Source of the DNA: Chlorokybus atmophyticus | Lineage: Eukaryota > Plantae > Mesostigma and Chlorokybus algae | Length of the DNA stretch: 64,000 nt | Assembly (NCBI GenBank): GCA_009103225.1 | Contig: RHPI01001737.1 | Location: 376,223 to 440,222 of the forward strand | Reading direction: 5' to 3' | Shown: positions 1 to 10,399 of the stretch, piece by piece | Layout: every line of letters begins with the position of its first letter | Position numbering within the stretch: the first letter of the stretch is position 1 | Notes under the pieces: generated by a model | What the model saw: only the letters and a program-made list of their open reading frames with translations | What the model was told of the DNA's origin: nothing | The model's database searches: none | Made by a program: the position numbers and the translations under genes

Positions 1-39
1 GGGGGGGGGGGGGGGGGGCTAAGCTTTGCGAGGCACTTG

Positions 40-390
40 GCTACCACGAACGGCTGGCCTAGCCGACATGAACTTGTCTGTGGCCTAGGTAGTTGGCGGC
101 GGCAGCGACAACTATGGCTATGGCCTAGTGACGCCGTTGGCCTAAGCATACTGGCCGCCACTAGGCCAGCATGACCAGGCCAGTGGCGTGGCCTGGTGCT
201 CATGGTATGGAGCACTAGGCCGCCCGCCAGGCCACCAGCAGCGGCGGCCGAACGGCGGTCAGCTGCGGCTCAATTGCAGCTGCGGCTGACCGCAGTCAGC
301 CGCCAGAGCACAGTTAACTTTTAACAGCAATCACAGCCGCTGCCGATCAGCCTATAAAGCTGGTCCGGCTGCAGCCGGCCGTCATGCACA
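40..390. repeat. Arrays of short self-complementary motifs (GGCCTAG/CTAGGCC, then CAGCCG/CGGCTG)
   Basis: Many GGCCT/AGGCC copies at 40-235 and CAGCTGCGGCTG/CAGCCGC copies at 240-385, in both orientations; no credible ORF. Confidence 0.55.
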
Positions 391-397
391 TAAAAAA

Positions 398-718
398 ACG
401 GACCATCCCTGGTTTGAGTACTGGTATCTATAGATGCGCACCAGCCATGGCTGCTACTAGTTTGAATCTAGACCCGGACCAATGATGGTCCTTACACACG
501 ACCATAACCGGTCCGAATTTAACCAGTTTCGACGGGGACCAGGGCTGGCCCGGTTTTTTGGGGGACCGTGGGACAATTACGTACTGTTTGGACCAGCCCT
601 GGTCCCCGCGTGCAGACCAAGGCGGGCGACCCTGGTCCGGACCCCAAGCCGCCCGGGCGTTTTGGCCCTGGTCCGTACGTGCGGACCAGGGCTGGTCCGT
701 GGAAAAAATTCCGTGTGG
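398..718. repeat. GGACC/GGTCC motif array, probable subterminal region of a DNA transposon
   Basis: GGACCAGGGCTGGTCC-type units at 536-551, 590-605 (reverse) and 683-698. The array abuts and truncates the gypsy integrase C-terminus near 715. Positions 380-450 resemble 23733-23799. Confidence 0.6.
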
Positions 719-719
719 T

Positions 720-1770
720 AGCTGGCAGGATCAAGGGTGTTTTAGATTTGCTTCTTGCGGTAAACGTAGTCTGCGACATGGAATTTGCGTGTCTGGGTAA
801 TATAGACTCCACTGCGCACGATTTCACAGCGCCGCTTGTCTCGTTGTTGCGCGGTCTTAAGGTTGGCTAAAGCCATGGGAACGGATTCATTGAATGGCGG
901 CACGCGCTGTCAGTACCTCCACCATGTGCGTGGGCTTGTTGGTGAGGTCTTTCACCCATTGCGTGGCGTGACGGTTGCAAAAGAGCAGCAGCGGTTCTCC
1001 CCAAAACATGAGAAAATATACTATGAAGGAACGAAGGGCTGCTTGCCTTGTGTAGTGATATCCCATTGCGACGCAAGGCTGAATATTATCCCACTCTTTT
1101 TGGCGGTGTGTCACGCTATCGCGCCGCAGTGGCTTATTAACAGCATGCACCATCCTTTTTGCCAAGCCATTATCCTGCGAGTGATCACGGCTGGTGCGGC
1201 AGTGAGCAATGAGCGGTGAGTGGTTGAGCAAGACACCAAATTCCCCTTGAAATTTAATGCCGTTGTTTTTCAGGAGCTCCTCGCAGGCGCCACATCCACT
1301 GAAGATGTGCTCAAGGTAGACCTGAGTCACCGTAGATGCGGTCTTATCTAGCAGAGGTACCAGCTCAGCCCACTTGCTAAAGTGCTCGATGGCGACAAAT
1401 ATGGTGGTTGCCACGACGAGTGATTGGCAGCTTGCCGGCAAGGTCAATGCTCCAGCGATAGCCGAGCCCCACGATGGGCGCAGCTAAGGGTGTCTGTGCA
1501 ATAAGCCGGCCCGGATACGGTCATAGGACTTGCATTGCCGCAGCACCTCTGCGATGTTGCGTGCGCGTCTGTCCCACCAATAAGTCACCGCGGATTAGGT
1601 TGGCGGTGCGCTTTATGTTGAAGTGCCCAAGCTAGTGATGAAGGTTAGCAATTATGGATGCCCGGCAACCGGGGGGAGGCACATCCTTGCGTTGTCCATC
1701 ATTAATGACGCGCCAGAGCATATCGTTGTTCCAGGTGTAGTTTTTCGCCCGGTGCTGTGCGCGGTCAGCC
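720..1770 (-). pseudogene. Ty3/gypsy integrase remnant (3' part of the DNMT-bearing element)
   Basis: ORF 887-1447: IFVAIEHFSKWAELVPL...HSQDNGLAKRMV (rve core). Upstream it reads DRAQHRAKNYTW...VPPP, and downstream PMALANLKTAQQRDKRR. Frameshifts and stops are present; it is homologous to 60843-62300. Confidence 0.9.
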
Positions 1771-2844
1771 TGTAACAAGTTCCTTTTATTAATGCTTGTT
1801 ATTGCAAAAATGTACTTCGGTTGTTTATTCAAATGAGCAACGATGGTAATAAAAATGAGCACGCGCACATAGCATAATGTGTCATTAGTTATGACTTAAG
1901 CAAGTGCTTAGACATCAGCAAGTTGCTGGTACATTACTTTATGGTTCATTATAAAAGTAATAGCCTCTCACTAAGGTAGTGAGGGGCCTTACGGAAAGGC
2001 CCTCAAGGAGGGCGAGACGCGGCAAACGCTCGCGGCGAGCAGCGCGTCGCCGTCGCCATCGCCATCGCCATCGCGACGCAGTCGCGTCATGTGAGGCCAC
2101 CGCCAGATCTGACGGGCGGGATAGTGGCCGTCAGATCTGACGGCCAGGAAAGCCCCAAAGCAGACGTGTGCAATTGTGCACGCCTTGTGTGGGCTTAGAG
2201 TGAATTGTTTCAAGACAAAGGCTTGAGATACAACTGAGTGTGTGAGTTTACGCCCAGCATTAAGTGTGAGCACATGGTTGGGAGTTGTACCTGTAACTCT
2301 CACAAACCATGTGAAATAAAGGTATCACAATGGAGAGGCATTGTCTACCAAGCACATGACTATGAAAGGGCATGAGAGGTAGGTTGATTGCCACACCATT
2401 GCGTGTGTCGTTCAAACGTGGCAGCATAGAGTCATACCTCCCTTGCAAGAAATCAAAGAGTGGTCACTAACGGTTGTAAGTCAAACCTTGTGATAGCTCA
2501 TTTGACCAAAGCTTGTATATAAGTGAGCAAGTGCTTTCTGGTCAGGCAAGCAAGCTTGAGGCATTCAAGCTATTGTGCACGTGCGTGTGCATCCATTTTA
2601 AGGCTCTACAAGTGGGGTGTTTGGAAGAGCATTGAAGGGGGTGCCAAGTTAAGAATGTAATGCGGGTGGTAGTTGTGCTCTGAGTGCTTGGACATATGTG
2701 AGATAGACTGTGTCAAGTGGGCTCCGACCACTAGGCTATGGTAGCAAAACACGCTACCATAAGTGAGGTTTGTCACAATCTATCCCAAATCGTGATATTC
2801 CTCCTCAATTTGGCCCACGGGTTCCTTATCATTCAATGAATATA

Positions 2845-3185
2845 AGAGGGAGGGAGTGATACTGCCTCCTCCAATCCCCTACCCCAACACCGCCACCAGC
2901 CACCCCGACACCGCCACCGTCATCAGGGCAACTGACAGAGCGAAGTTTCCCTGGCTATGGCGGCTGCTGCGTTAGCAGCGCCGCCATGCGCTTGATATCG
3001 ACATATGTCTCATGTCTCATGTCGATATCAGTGCTACAGATAAGTAATACTATATGGCCTTAACACTAGGTTAACGGCCCAAATTTGGCTTGATTAGCTG
3101 TATATGCCCGTTGGGACCCTTATTTAATCTTAAATAAGGGTCCCATAAGGGCGAGGAACCCCCATGGAGATAGCACACCGTTACA
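2845..3185 (-). repeat. Truncated LTR fragment, family B
   Basis: Reverse complement of about 56041-56490; ends ...CCGTTACA at 3185, immediately before the poly-C/N gap. Confidence 0.8.
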
Positions 3186-3186
3186 T

Positions 3187-3390
3187 CCCCCCCCCCCCCC
3201 CCCCCCCCCNNNNNNNNNNNNNNNNNNNNNNNNNNNNNNNNNNNNNNNNNNNNNNNNNNNNNNNNNNNNNNNNNNNNNNNNNNNNNNNNNNNNNNNNNNN
3301 NNNNNNNNNNNNNNNNNNNNNNNNNNNNNNNNNNNNNNNNNNNNNNNNNNNNNNNNNNNNNNNNNNNNNNNCCCCCCCCCCCCCCCCCCC
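3187..3390. other. Assembly gap (N 3210-3371) flanked by poly-C
   Basis: N-run seen directly. Confidence 0.98.
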
Positions 3391-3529
3391 AACTTATATA
3401 TCGATGTCCTCATTGAGGGGTTAGCTAAGCCCCACTACGAGCACTGAAAATCATACTTGTAGAGAGAATCAGGGCCGAAGCAGTAAAGATGTCTGCCAGC
3501 ACCCTGTCATCGTTCGCGTGTGGACACAG

Positions 3530-4800
3530 CACTCCAGTACTCCTGAAGAATCTCTTAGCGATTGGTAAGATTCCTTTCGGGTTCCCATATACTGTGTTTA
3601 ACATCATATCCCTTCCATTTCACGAAATAAGACGGCGCGCGTCCGCGCCAACCCTTACAATGACTGAGGATTGCTTCCACCTCATACTCGAAGGTATTAT
3701 CGCCATCCACTGCGACGGGGAGAAGGTTGAACCCAACCGTAAAAACGGTATGGTTTCAGTACACTCGCGTGAAACACATTGTGAATGCGTATTGACTTTG
3801 GCAAGTCTAAACGATACGCGTGAGTGCGGACTTGATCAACCACTTTGAAGGGGCCTATCCAACGAGGGAAAAACTTGCTGGCACCCACTCTCTGAATAGA
3901 TATGATTTTTGTGCTCAAAAGCACCCAATTGCCCACATCATAGTCGGCATGTCTACGATGTTTATCAGCTTAAGCTTCTTGTCTGTCCTGCGCTGTGCGC
4001 AGTCAACTCTTTGCCAACGCCAATCAATCTTGGCTGCAGCCACCTCGCGCACTGCAAGTACGCGGGTTACTTCACTAGCGGCAACTTGATGTTCGCAGGA
4101 CTCGATAGATGCTCCGTAATTCAAGAGAAATGGAGTTTTGTGCACACTTTGTTGCCATGCATTGTTAATCGTCAACTCAGCCATAAAAAGGTAAACATCC
4201 CAATTAGACTGATTCGGACTTACATAACGCCGGATGGTTTCCTCAATCACTTAATTGACGCATTCTGTCTGACTAATAGTTTGCGGGTAATAAGCAGTGC
4301 TTATATGCTGCTGTATCTTCAGAAAGTTGCATAACGACTTCCAAAACTGAGCCACAAACCGTAGATTACGGTTAGACCCAATGTTGCAAGGCAAGCCATG
4401 CAACTTTAACACCGATGCAACAAAAACCATCGCTAACTCACGGGAGCATATCTCCGTGCGGCAAGGAAACTACATGAATCTTTTTTTACTCAAGCGATCC
4501 CCAAACACTGCAACCGCAGTATGCCCCAATGCTGACTCTGGAAGCGCGGTGATGAGATCCATAGTTACACACTCCCACTTATTATCAGGGATAGGCAATG
4601 GTCGCAGTAACCCAGCTGATTTCTGACGTAAAGGTTTGTTATGTTGACATTTGTCACACGTGTCCACACACTGCTTCACATCAACAAGCAACGATGGCCA
4701 TTAATACGAATGTTACGCTGCCTTGGTGGTCTTGCGACTGTGAAAGTGCCCAGCGTACGGTGGATCGTGTACATCAGTTATGCATTTCACATGTAAACTA
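3530..4800 (-). pseudogene. Integrase, SH3-like and chromodomain remnants of the short-LTR chromovirus
   Basis: ORFs 4470-4691, 3915-4250 and 3697-3936, plus a chromodomain frame at about 3530-3720. Confidence 0.85.
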
Positions 4801-6702
4801 GCATGGTCGGGGTATAACCAAACCAGTGCCCATGTAATACAAGTTGTCACATTTTTCAAGCTTTTGCACGTTTTTTGCCCAAAAAAAACACGGGTCTGAA
4901 GTATACCCTTGCACAACTGCTTGAACAAATTCATCATCCGGAGATAATGTACCGCGTGTTGCAATCAACTGCGCGCGCACGACCGTCAATAATGACGGGC
5001 AACGACTCACCCACGTCGCCGTGGTCACGACCGTACCGCAACCGGTCCACCCGCGGCCTTTTGATCCGGCCATCCTTCCCGGGCGACTTGCCAACGCGGC
5101 GCAACTGCTCACGCGGCCATAGGTCAAACTGGCTTGGCGCGCAGGCTGGGTGCAGGTTGCGAACCTGCGCCCAGCCTAGGGCAAGCCGCCCCAAATGTTT
5201 TTTTCCCTTAGATCTGCCTCAGTCCCGTACGGGAATTAAACCTGAGACGTTAAGCTCCAATATTACTGTAACAAGTGGGCTCCGACCACTAGGCTATGGT
5301 AGCAAAAGACGCTACCATGAGTGAGGCCTGTCACAGTTTATCCCACATCGTGATATAGACAACTAACAAGCATGTATGCTTGCTGCACAAGGTAGACAAC
5401 TTGTCTACCATTGAATGGTGTGCAACAGTTAGCCACATATGTCTATATGTAGATGTTGACATTCATGCGTAGGTGTTTATCAAACAGACATTGATGTGGG
5501 CTAGTTAGCCACAAATGTTCAATATGTAGATGTGTCTATATTATAGAAAAAAAAAAGATAAGAAGACAAGTATGTTGAGATCTAGTACATGATACATACC
5601 GTATACGTGACGAATGTTAATAACATAGCTTTGATCTTGATATCATAAGGACTCATGTCTTGAAAATATCAGAAGAGTCAAGCACAGATATTGCACACAA
5701 AGCATGGATAGTTTAGCAACGAATGTCCACATTGAAGAAAACACCGTGGATATTACACGTGCACTTATTTAGAGAGTGCCAGAAGAGGCAGATGCGGATA
5801 TCACAAAAAATAACGCTGGTGTTGTAGACTGTAATACTGATATCACAGAGACTGGTATCTATTAACTGTGGCCATGAGATTGTGTGGCCAATATGAGATT
5901 ATAGTACAATTATAGTACAATCTCATTGATTGCTTATACTTGGGGTAAGATATCCTTTAAGGTGATTGGTGTGAGCCTAGTAAGGGTAAGTGCTAAAGTC
6001 ACACAAGTTGTCACAAGATGGTTGGCCGCTTTAGATTACACTAGGGTCCGAATGCGGCACCATTGGTGGAGATACCCACTACCCTTAAGTGACTAGATAA
6101 GGCAATAGGGGTATATAAGTGAGCATGCACAGTAGGCAAGGTATTGGAGACTTGGATCTACCTTGCCTTGGCGTGCTCGCTCGTGTGGGACTTCACATGG
6201 GGTGTTCGGGTGAGAGGCCGTTGAAGGGGGTGCCAAAGCTCTTCAACCTCAAGGTGTGGACGTGTGTCCTTGTGTAGCACTTCTGTGTGAGTGTATACAC
6301 GGTGTGAGAGTGCTGGCACGAAGTAGAGTGCATAACCCTTACAGGTAAAGTTAAGTGCTCGAGCCTAGGGTGGCATTACGGAGAAGGCTATACAATTTCA
6401 ACAAGGTACTTGGTGTACTTGTTGTGACTGCTATTGTTGTTGTTGTGACACCCTAAGAGTCTTGCACAAGTTAAGAGTGACTTGTTGTGAGCTAGTGTGA
6501 GTCTTACGTCTTATGATGTGCAAAGAGTGCAACACACAAGTGTAAAGACATAAGCATTGCACAAGTTGAGAGTGACTTGTGTGTAAGCCAGTGTGCGAGT
6601 GTTGTGTCATAGCAAGAGTGCTATACACAAATGCATTGCGAGTTACATTGTCGTCACAAGTGTGGTACAAGCATATCTAGCTTGGGCCGGCGTTACACAG
6701 CC

Positions 6703-8070
6703 TCTTTGTGATCTAGATAATCAGGTAGAACTTCGGACTTATTTAGTTGCAAGGTGGGTTCATCGGTCCAGATGTCGCTCTCATTAGCAAGGGGTATGAT
6801 AGCTTGAAGCACTGGGGTGCGAGCCTCAGCGCGTATGCCGGCAGCAACGACTAACATGGCGTGTTTGCAAGGCTGGTCACCGTTGTACCGTGCGCCGGTG
6901 GCGTCAACCATGTTAGGGGAGTTGCGACTTGGGCCGCCAGCGTTAGTGTTGACAATGCCAGGCTTGTGGGTGATGGTAAAGTCGTACTACTGCAAGAGCA
7001 GCGCCCAACGAGCATGCTTGCCAGTGAGCTTGCTAGTGAGAAGCCTCTGCAGCGGCTGGTGGCCAGTGACCAGCTCGAACTGGTAGCCAAAAAGGAATGA
7101 CCCGAAAGCTAAATAGCAAAAACAAATGCGAGTTGTTCCCCTTCATAGTTGCTGTAGTTGGCTTGAGCCGCGTTGTTGCTCCGGCTTGCGTAAGCGATGA
7201 CGAGCTCCTTGCCCTAATCATTGATCTGGCATATCACGGCACCAAGCCCAATCCAGCCCGATCCCAGTCCATATGGAGGATGAAGGAGTTGCTGTAGTCA
7301 AGGCGCGCCAATGGGGGCAAATTGTAGGTGACTTTTTAATGCCTCGAAGGCCTGCTGCTCGGCTTCTCCCCAATGCCAAATGATGGCTTTCTTCAGCTCG
7401 TTGAGAGGTTTAGCCAACCCGTATAAGTTAAGAACGAAACGACGGTAGTAGTTGTCAAGACCGCGGAAAGCACGATTCCGGGATATGTCTGTGGGGGGTG
7501 GCACCTTCAGCAACGCATCCACCTTTGCCTACTGTACCATCACTCCGTTAGGGACAATAAGGTGACTAAAGTATGGAATCTTGTGGGCGAAAAAGGTACA
7601 ATTCTCATGATTTGCTGTAAGCCCGTGCTCCTGTAGTCGTTGCAGCACCTCCTTGATGTGCTGCAGGTGAGCCTCGGCGGCGTAATTACACATGAAAGAT
7701 GTCATTTATGTAACACCAGAAGTTGTCCAACGCGTGCAAGGGTTTTATCCATCACACATTGTAAGAAGTTGGGTGCGTTCTCAGTTAAAAAGACATGACC
7801 TTCTATAAGTACGATGTTCAGTTGCCCCAGAAGGATGTCTTGCACTTGTCCTTGGTCTTGATGCCAATCTGATGAAACCGAAAGCGCATGTCCAACATCG
7901 AGAAGTACTTATAATGCCGTTGAAGATCTCGTCGGGGGTGTACATGCGGTAGCAATTCAGCACAGTGTGGTTGGTTAAGGTTTTTGTAGTTTAAACACAT
8001 ACGCCGCTTGGTCTATTGTCCTTGCTCATTCTCTTTTGTGGGCATGACGGTGGCAGCTACATACTGGGTG
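6703..8070 (-). pseudogene. Gypsy RT/RNase H remnant
   Basis: AATVMPTK...RRMCLNY...FSMLDMRFRFHQIGIKTKDKCKTSFWG; FRGLDNYYRRFV...WHWGEAEQQAFEALK; DIWTDEPTLQL. Frameshifted and partly deleted. Confidence 0.9.
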
Positions 8071-8074
8071 CTAG

Positions 8075-8610
8075 GTGCTGCGTAATCGGTATTCACGCGA
8101 GCCGTGGGCGGTTGCATCGATGACAACATGTGCGCCAAGCATTGTGCTGATTTGTTCGTAGCCAGCGCGTACGTTGCTACATCGGTCATCTTGAGCAAAT
8201 GCATTCCCAAGAATGTATGCAGGTGGCCTGTCAGGTTGCTGAAGCGTGCAAATGACGCGAACCAATTCTCTGAACAGCTTGGAGCGAGGGTCATGCAGGC
8301 CGAGTTCCTTACGTGCTTGTGAATGACCTTGGCATTCCCATCGTGCAAAGACGATGTCAACACCCTCTAATGAGCGCAGGTGTTCTCCCGTGATGAGAGT
8401 CAAATGTCCTGACGCAAGGCGCGAAGGTTGCCTAAAGCTGTGGACGGTTCCGGCAGTGAGAACTTCTTGCGCATCTGAAGCAGGTGGTGAGACACCGCTG
8501 CTTGGTGCTTGCTGGCTTGGGTCACAATATAAGGTATGCCCGCGTTTAACATGGCTGTCACGCCACTGCCAATTCCTTCGAACAATTACCAAATGGTGAT
8601 GCCATGGCGG
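8075..8610 (-). pseudogene. C5-cytosine DNA methyltransferase domain within retrotransposon pol
   Basis: Motif I GITIW*LFEGIGSG; motif IV VDIVFARWECQGHSQARKELGLHDPRSKLFRELVR; motif VI-like PAYILGN; motif VIII-like VIDATAHGSREYRLR. One stop and frameshifts; motifs IX-X are lost at a deletion into RT. Confidence 0.85.
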
Positions 8611-8989
8611 CGGCGTTGTGGTGTTACACGCGTTGTGGACACGTCCACTTGATGCAGAGGATCGCTGGGCACTGGTGGAAAGGTTACCTGTGTAGATGCC
8701 ACGTGCGCTGCTATTGCCTGAGCGAGTCGGTGGCGAAGCGCAAGGTCTTGCTTAGCTACTTCACGACGAAACTCAATCATTGAAGTGAATGTTTTACCAC
8801 GTACTCCGGGACGTGGGTTGTTTTATGATGCCGGCGAGGCGGTCGCAACTCCTGCCTGCATAGATTGCGCCAGTTTTCCAAGGGCAAGCGCACTGATGTC
8901 ATCTCGACACATGTATGGACAAATAGGCAGCAAGGCCCCTCTTAGAAGGTCTTATGCAAACAAGACAGCTCCCTCCCCCTTTCAACGCG

Positions 8990-9176
<187 letters not shown>

Positions 9177-9449
9177 TCTCTCAGCTAAGCTCCAGCAAAC
9201 ACTCACGAATGGTGGGTGCGTAGCGCCTACGGTGCTGCGTGATCCTCCTCAAGAGCGTGAAGGTTATAACGGATGGCGGCTTTGACGCGCCGGATAGGGA
9301 CGGTTGCAAGAGGGTAGCGGGCAGAAGTGTGAAGTTGTAGAGGAGTTGCTGCAGGGGTGCCATTCCCTTAATGTCAGCGCGGTTGGAAGAGTGCGTGCTC
9401 TGACCAGGTGTTAACGGCTGCGCCAATGGAAAAAAAGGCCTCCATGCCA

Positions 9450-9720
9450 ATTAATATCTCCAACTTCTCTCAGTTTGAGGCGAGGCAGAACACACTTAAA
9501 ATGGTGGTTTCTTCTCGCTCGTAGCCGGTGAAGCCCAGCTGTATGCGCTATGAGCAAATCTCCCTTCTGATCTTCCGAAGACCACTTTGTGCAGTGCGGA
9601 TTTCGAAAAGAATTCCATCTAAATGGCGGGAGTCAATGCGGAGGCGTTCAGCTGTGCGCCTTCCCAAGATGACGTGATGTGCACCAGTGTAAAAATGAAC
9701 CTGGCGCGGCGACCATGGGT
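9450..9720 (-). pseudogene. Retropepsin-like aspartic protease remnant
   Basis: Frame reads YTGAHHVILGRRTAERLRID...FEIRTAQSG...ILIGMEA (a DTGA-like site, mutated), with internal stops. Confidence 0.65.
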
Positions 9721-10399
9721 GGTGTGCGAGTTACATAATTCCGGAGGTTGTTGACCATGCCGACGTTGGGGCGGAAGCCAAGCTAGTCCAACGTTCGGGG
9801 AGGGCCGTGGAGGTTGAGATAGGCTGGTGCCGGGATTGCAAAACCCCTGCTAAGGGCAAGGGCGTGCAGGGCCTCGGTGATCCCGACCGCTGCCTTTAAC
9901 CCGTCCTTTTCGTGGAGCGAAACCGGGTCGTCCTCATTCTTTCGCTTAAGGCCTCCTCTCCCTCGTTGTTAAAATCTCCTTCTGATTGTTCCTCATCCTC
10001 TACTGCATCCAAGAATGGGGGCAGAGAGATGTCAGATCCGCTAGCAGTGTTGGACGTGGCCGAATGGGTTGGTGGAGACTGTGGGTCTGAGGGTGGTGAA
10101 GGTGGTGGGCCGTTGTGGCTACGTAGGAAGAGGCCGCGTGCAGGGTTAAGCGCAAGGCTTCAGCGGTGATGGCCTGTTCCCAATGGTGGCCTTGTCGGTC
10201 CACATAGGAAGCTATTGGGAGGATGGGTAGTAGGCTGACGTACGTTGCCACGAACTCACGCTTGGCTTCCGTAACGGGGGCTGAGTGGCTCTGTAGGACT
10301 GCTTTAGAGGCTTCAGTGCTTCCCTTAGGTAACGCACTACTTGCTGGCGTATCTCGTGGGTCTCGGGGTCGTCTGCCTGCTGGCGGGCGGCACATTGGA

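Larger units (their letters stand above)
2709..5355 (-). mobile_element. Internally deleted chromovirus with 89-bp LTRs, TSD TAGAC
   Basis: Direct repeats at 2709-2797 and 5267-5355, with TAGAC at 2704-2708 and 5356-5360. PPT-like GAGGAGGAA next to the left LTR; degenerate PBS TAATATTGGAGC next to the right LTR. Integrase (TCDKCQHNK...WECVTMD), SH3-like (KFFPRWIGPFKV) and chromodomain ([17 protein letters not shown]) remnants. Confidence 0.9.
1771..6697 (+). mobile_element. Nested LTR complex inserted into gypsy pol, TSD CAGCC
   Basis: Starts TGTAAC (1771) and ends GTTACA (6697), with CAGCC at 1766-1770 and 6698-6702. Removing it rejoins the minus-strand protein LDHKEA|DRAQHRAKNY. Confidence 0.85.
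2656..6697 (+). repeat. LTR of the 17-28 kb chromovirus family (opposite orientation), split at 2708/5356
   Basis: 2656-2708 (TGTAATGCGG...) plus 5356-6697 align with the reverse complement of 16997-18433. Confidence 0.85.

Noticed and set aside
1-19. Terminal poly-G as telomere or G-quadruplex
   Set aside because: Pure homopolymer like the gap-flanking runs elsewhere; no telomeric unit.
470-718. CRISPR-like palindromic repeats
   Set aside because: Mixed orientation, variable units, no regular unique spacers, no cas genes, and a eukaryotic context.
5222-5303. A true tRNA gene
   Set aside because: No downstream acceptor-stem partner and poor anticodon and T stems; only the promoter boxes are tRNA-like.
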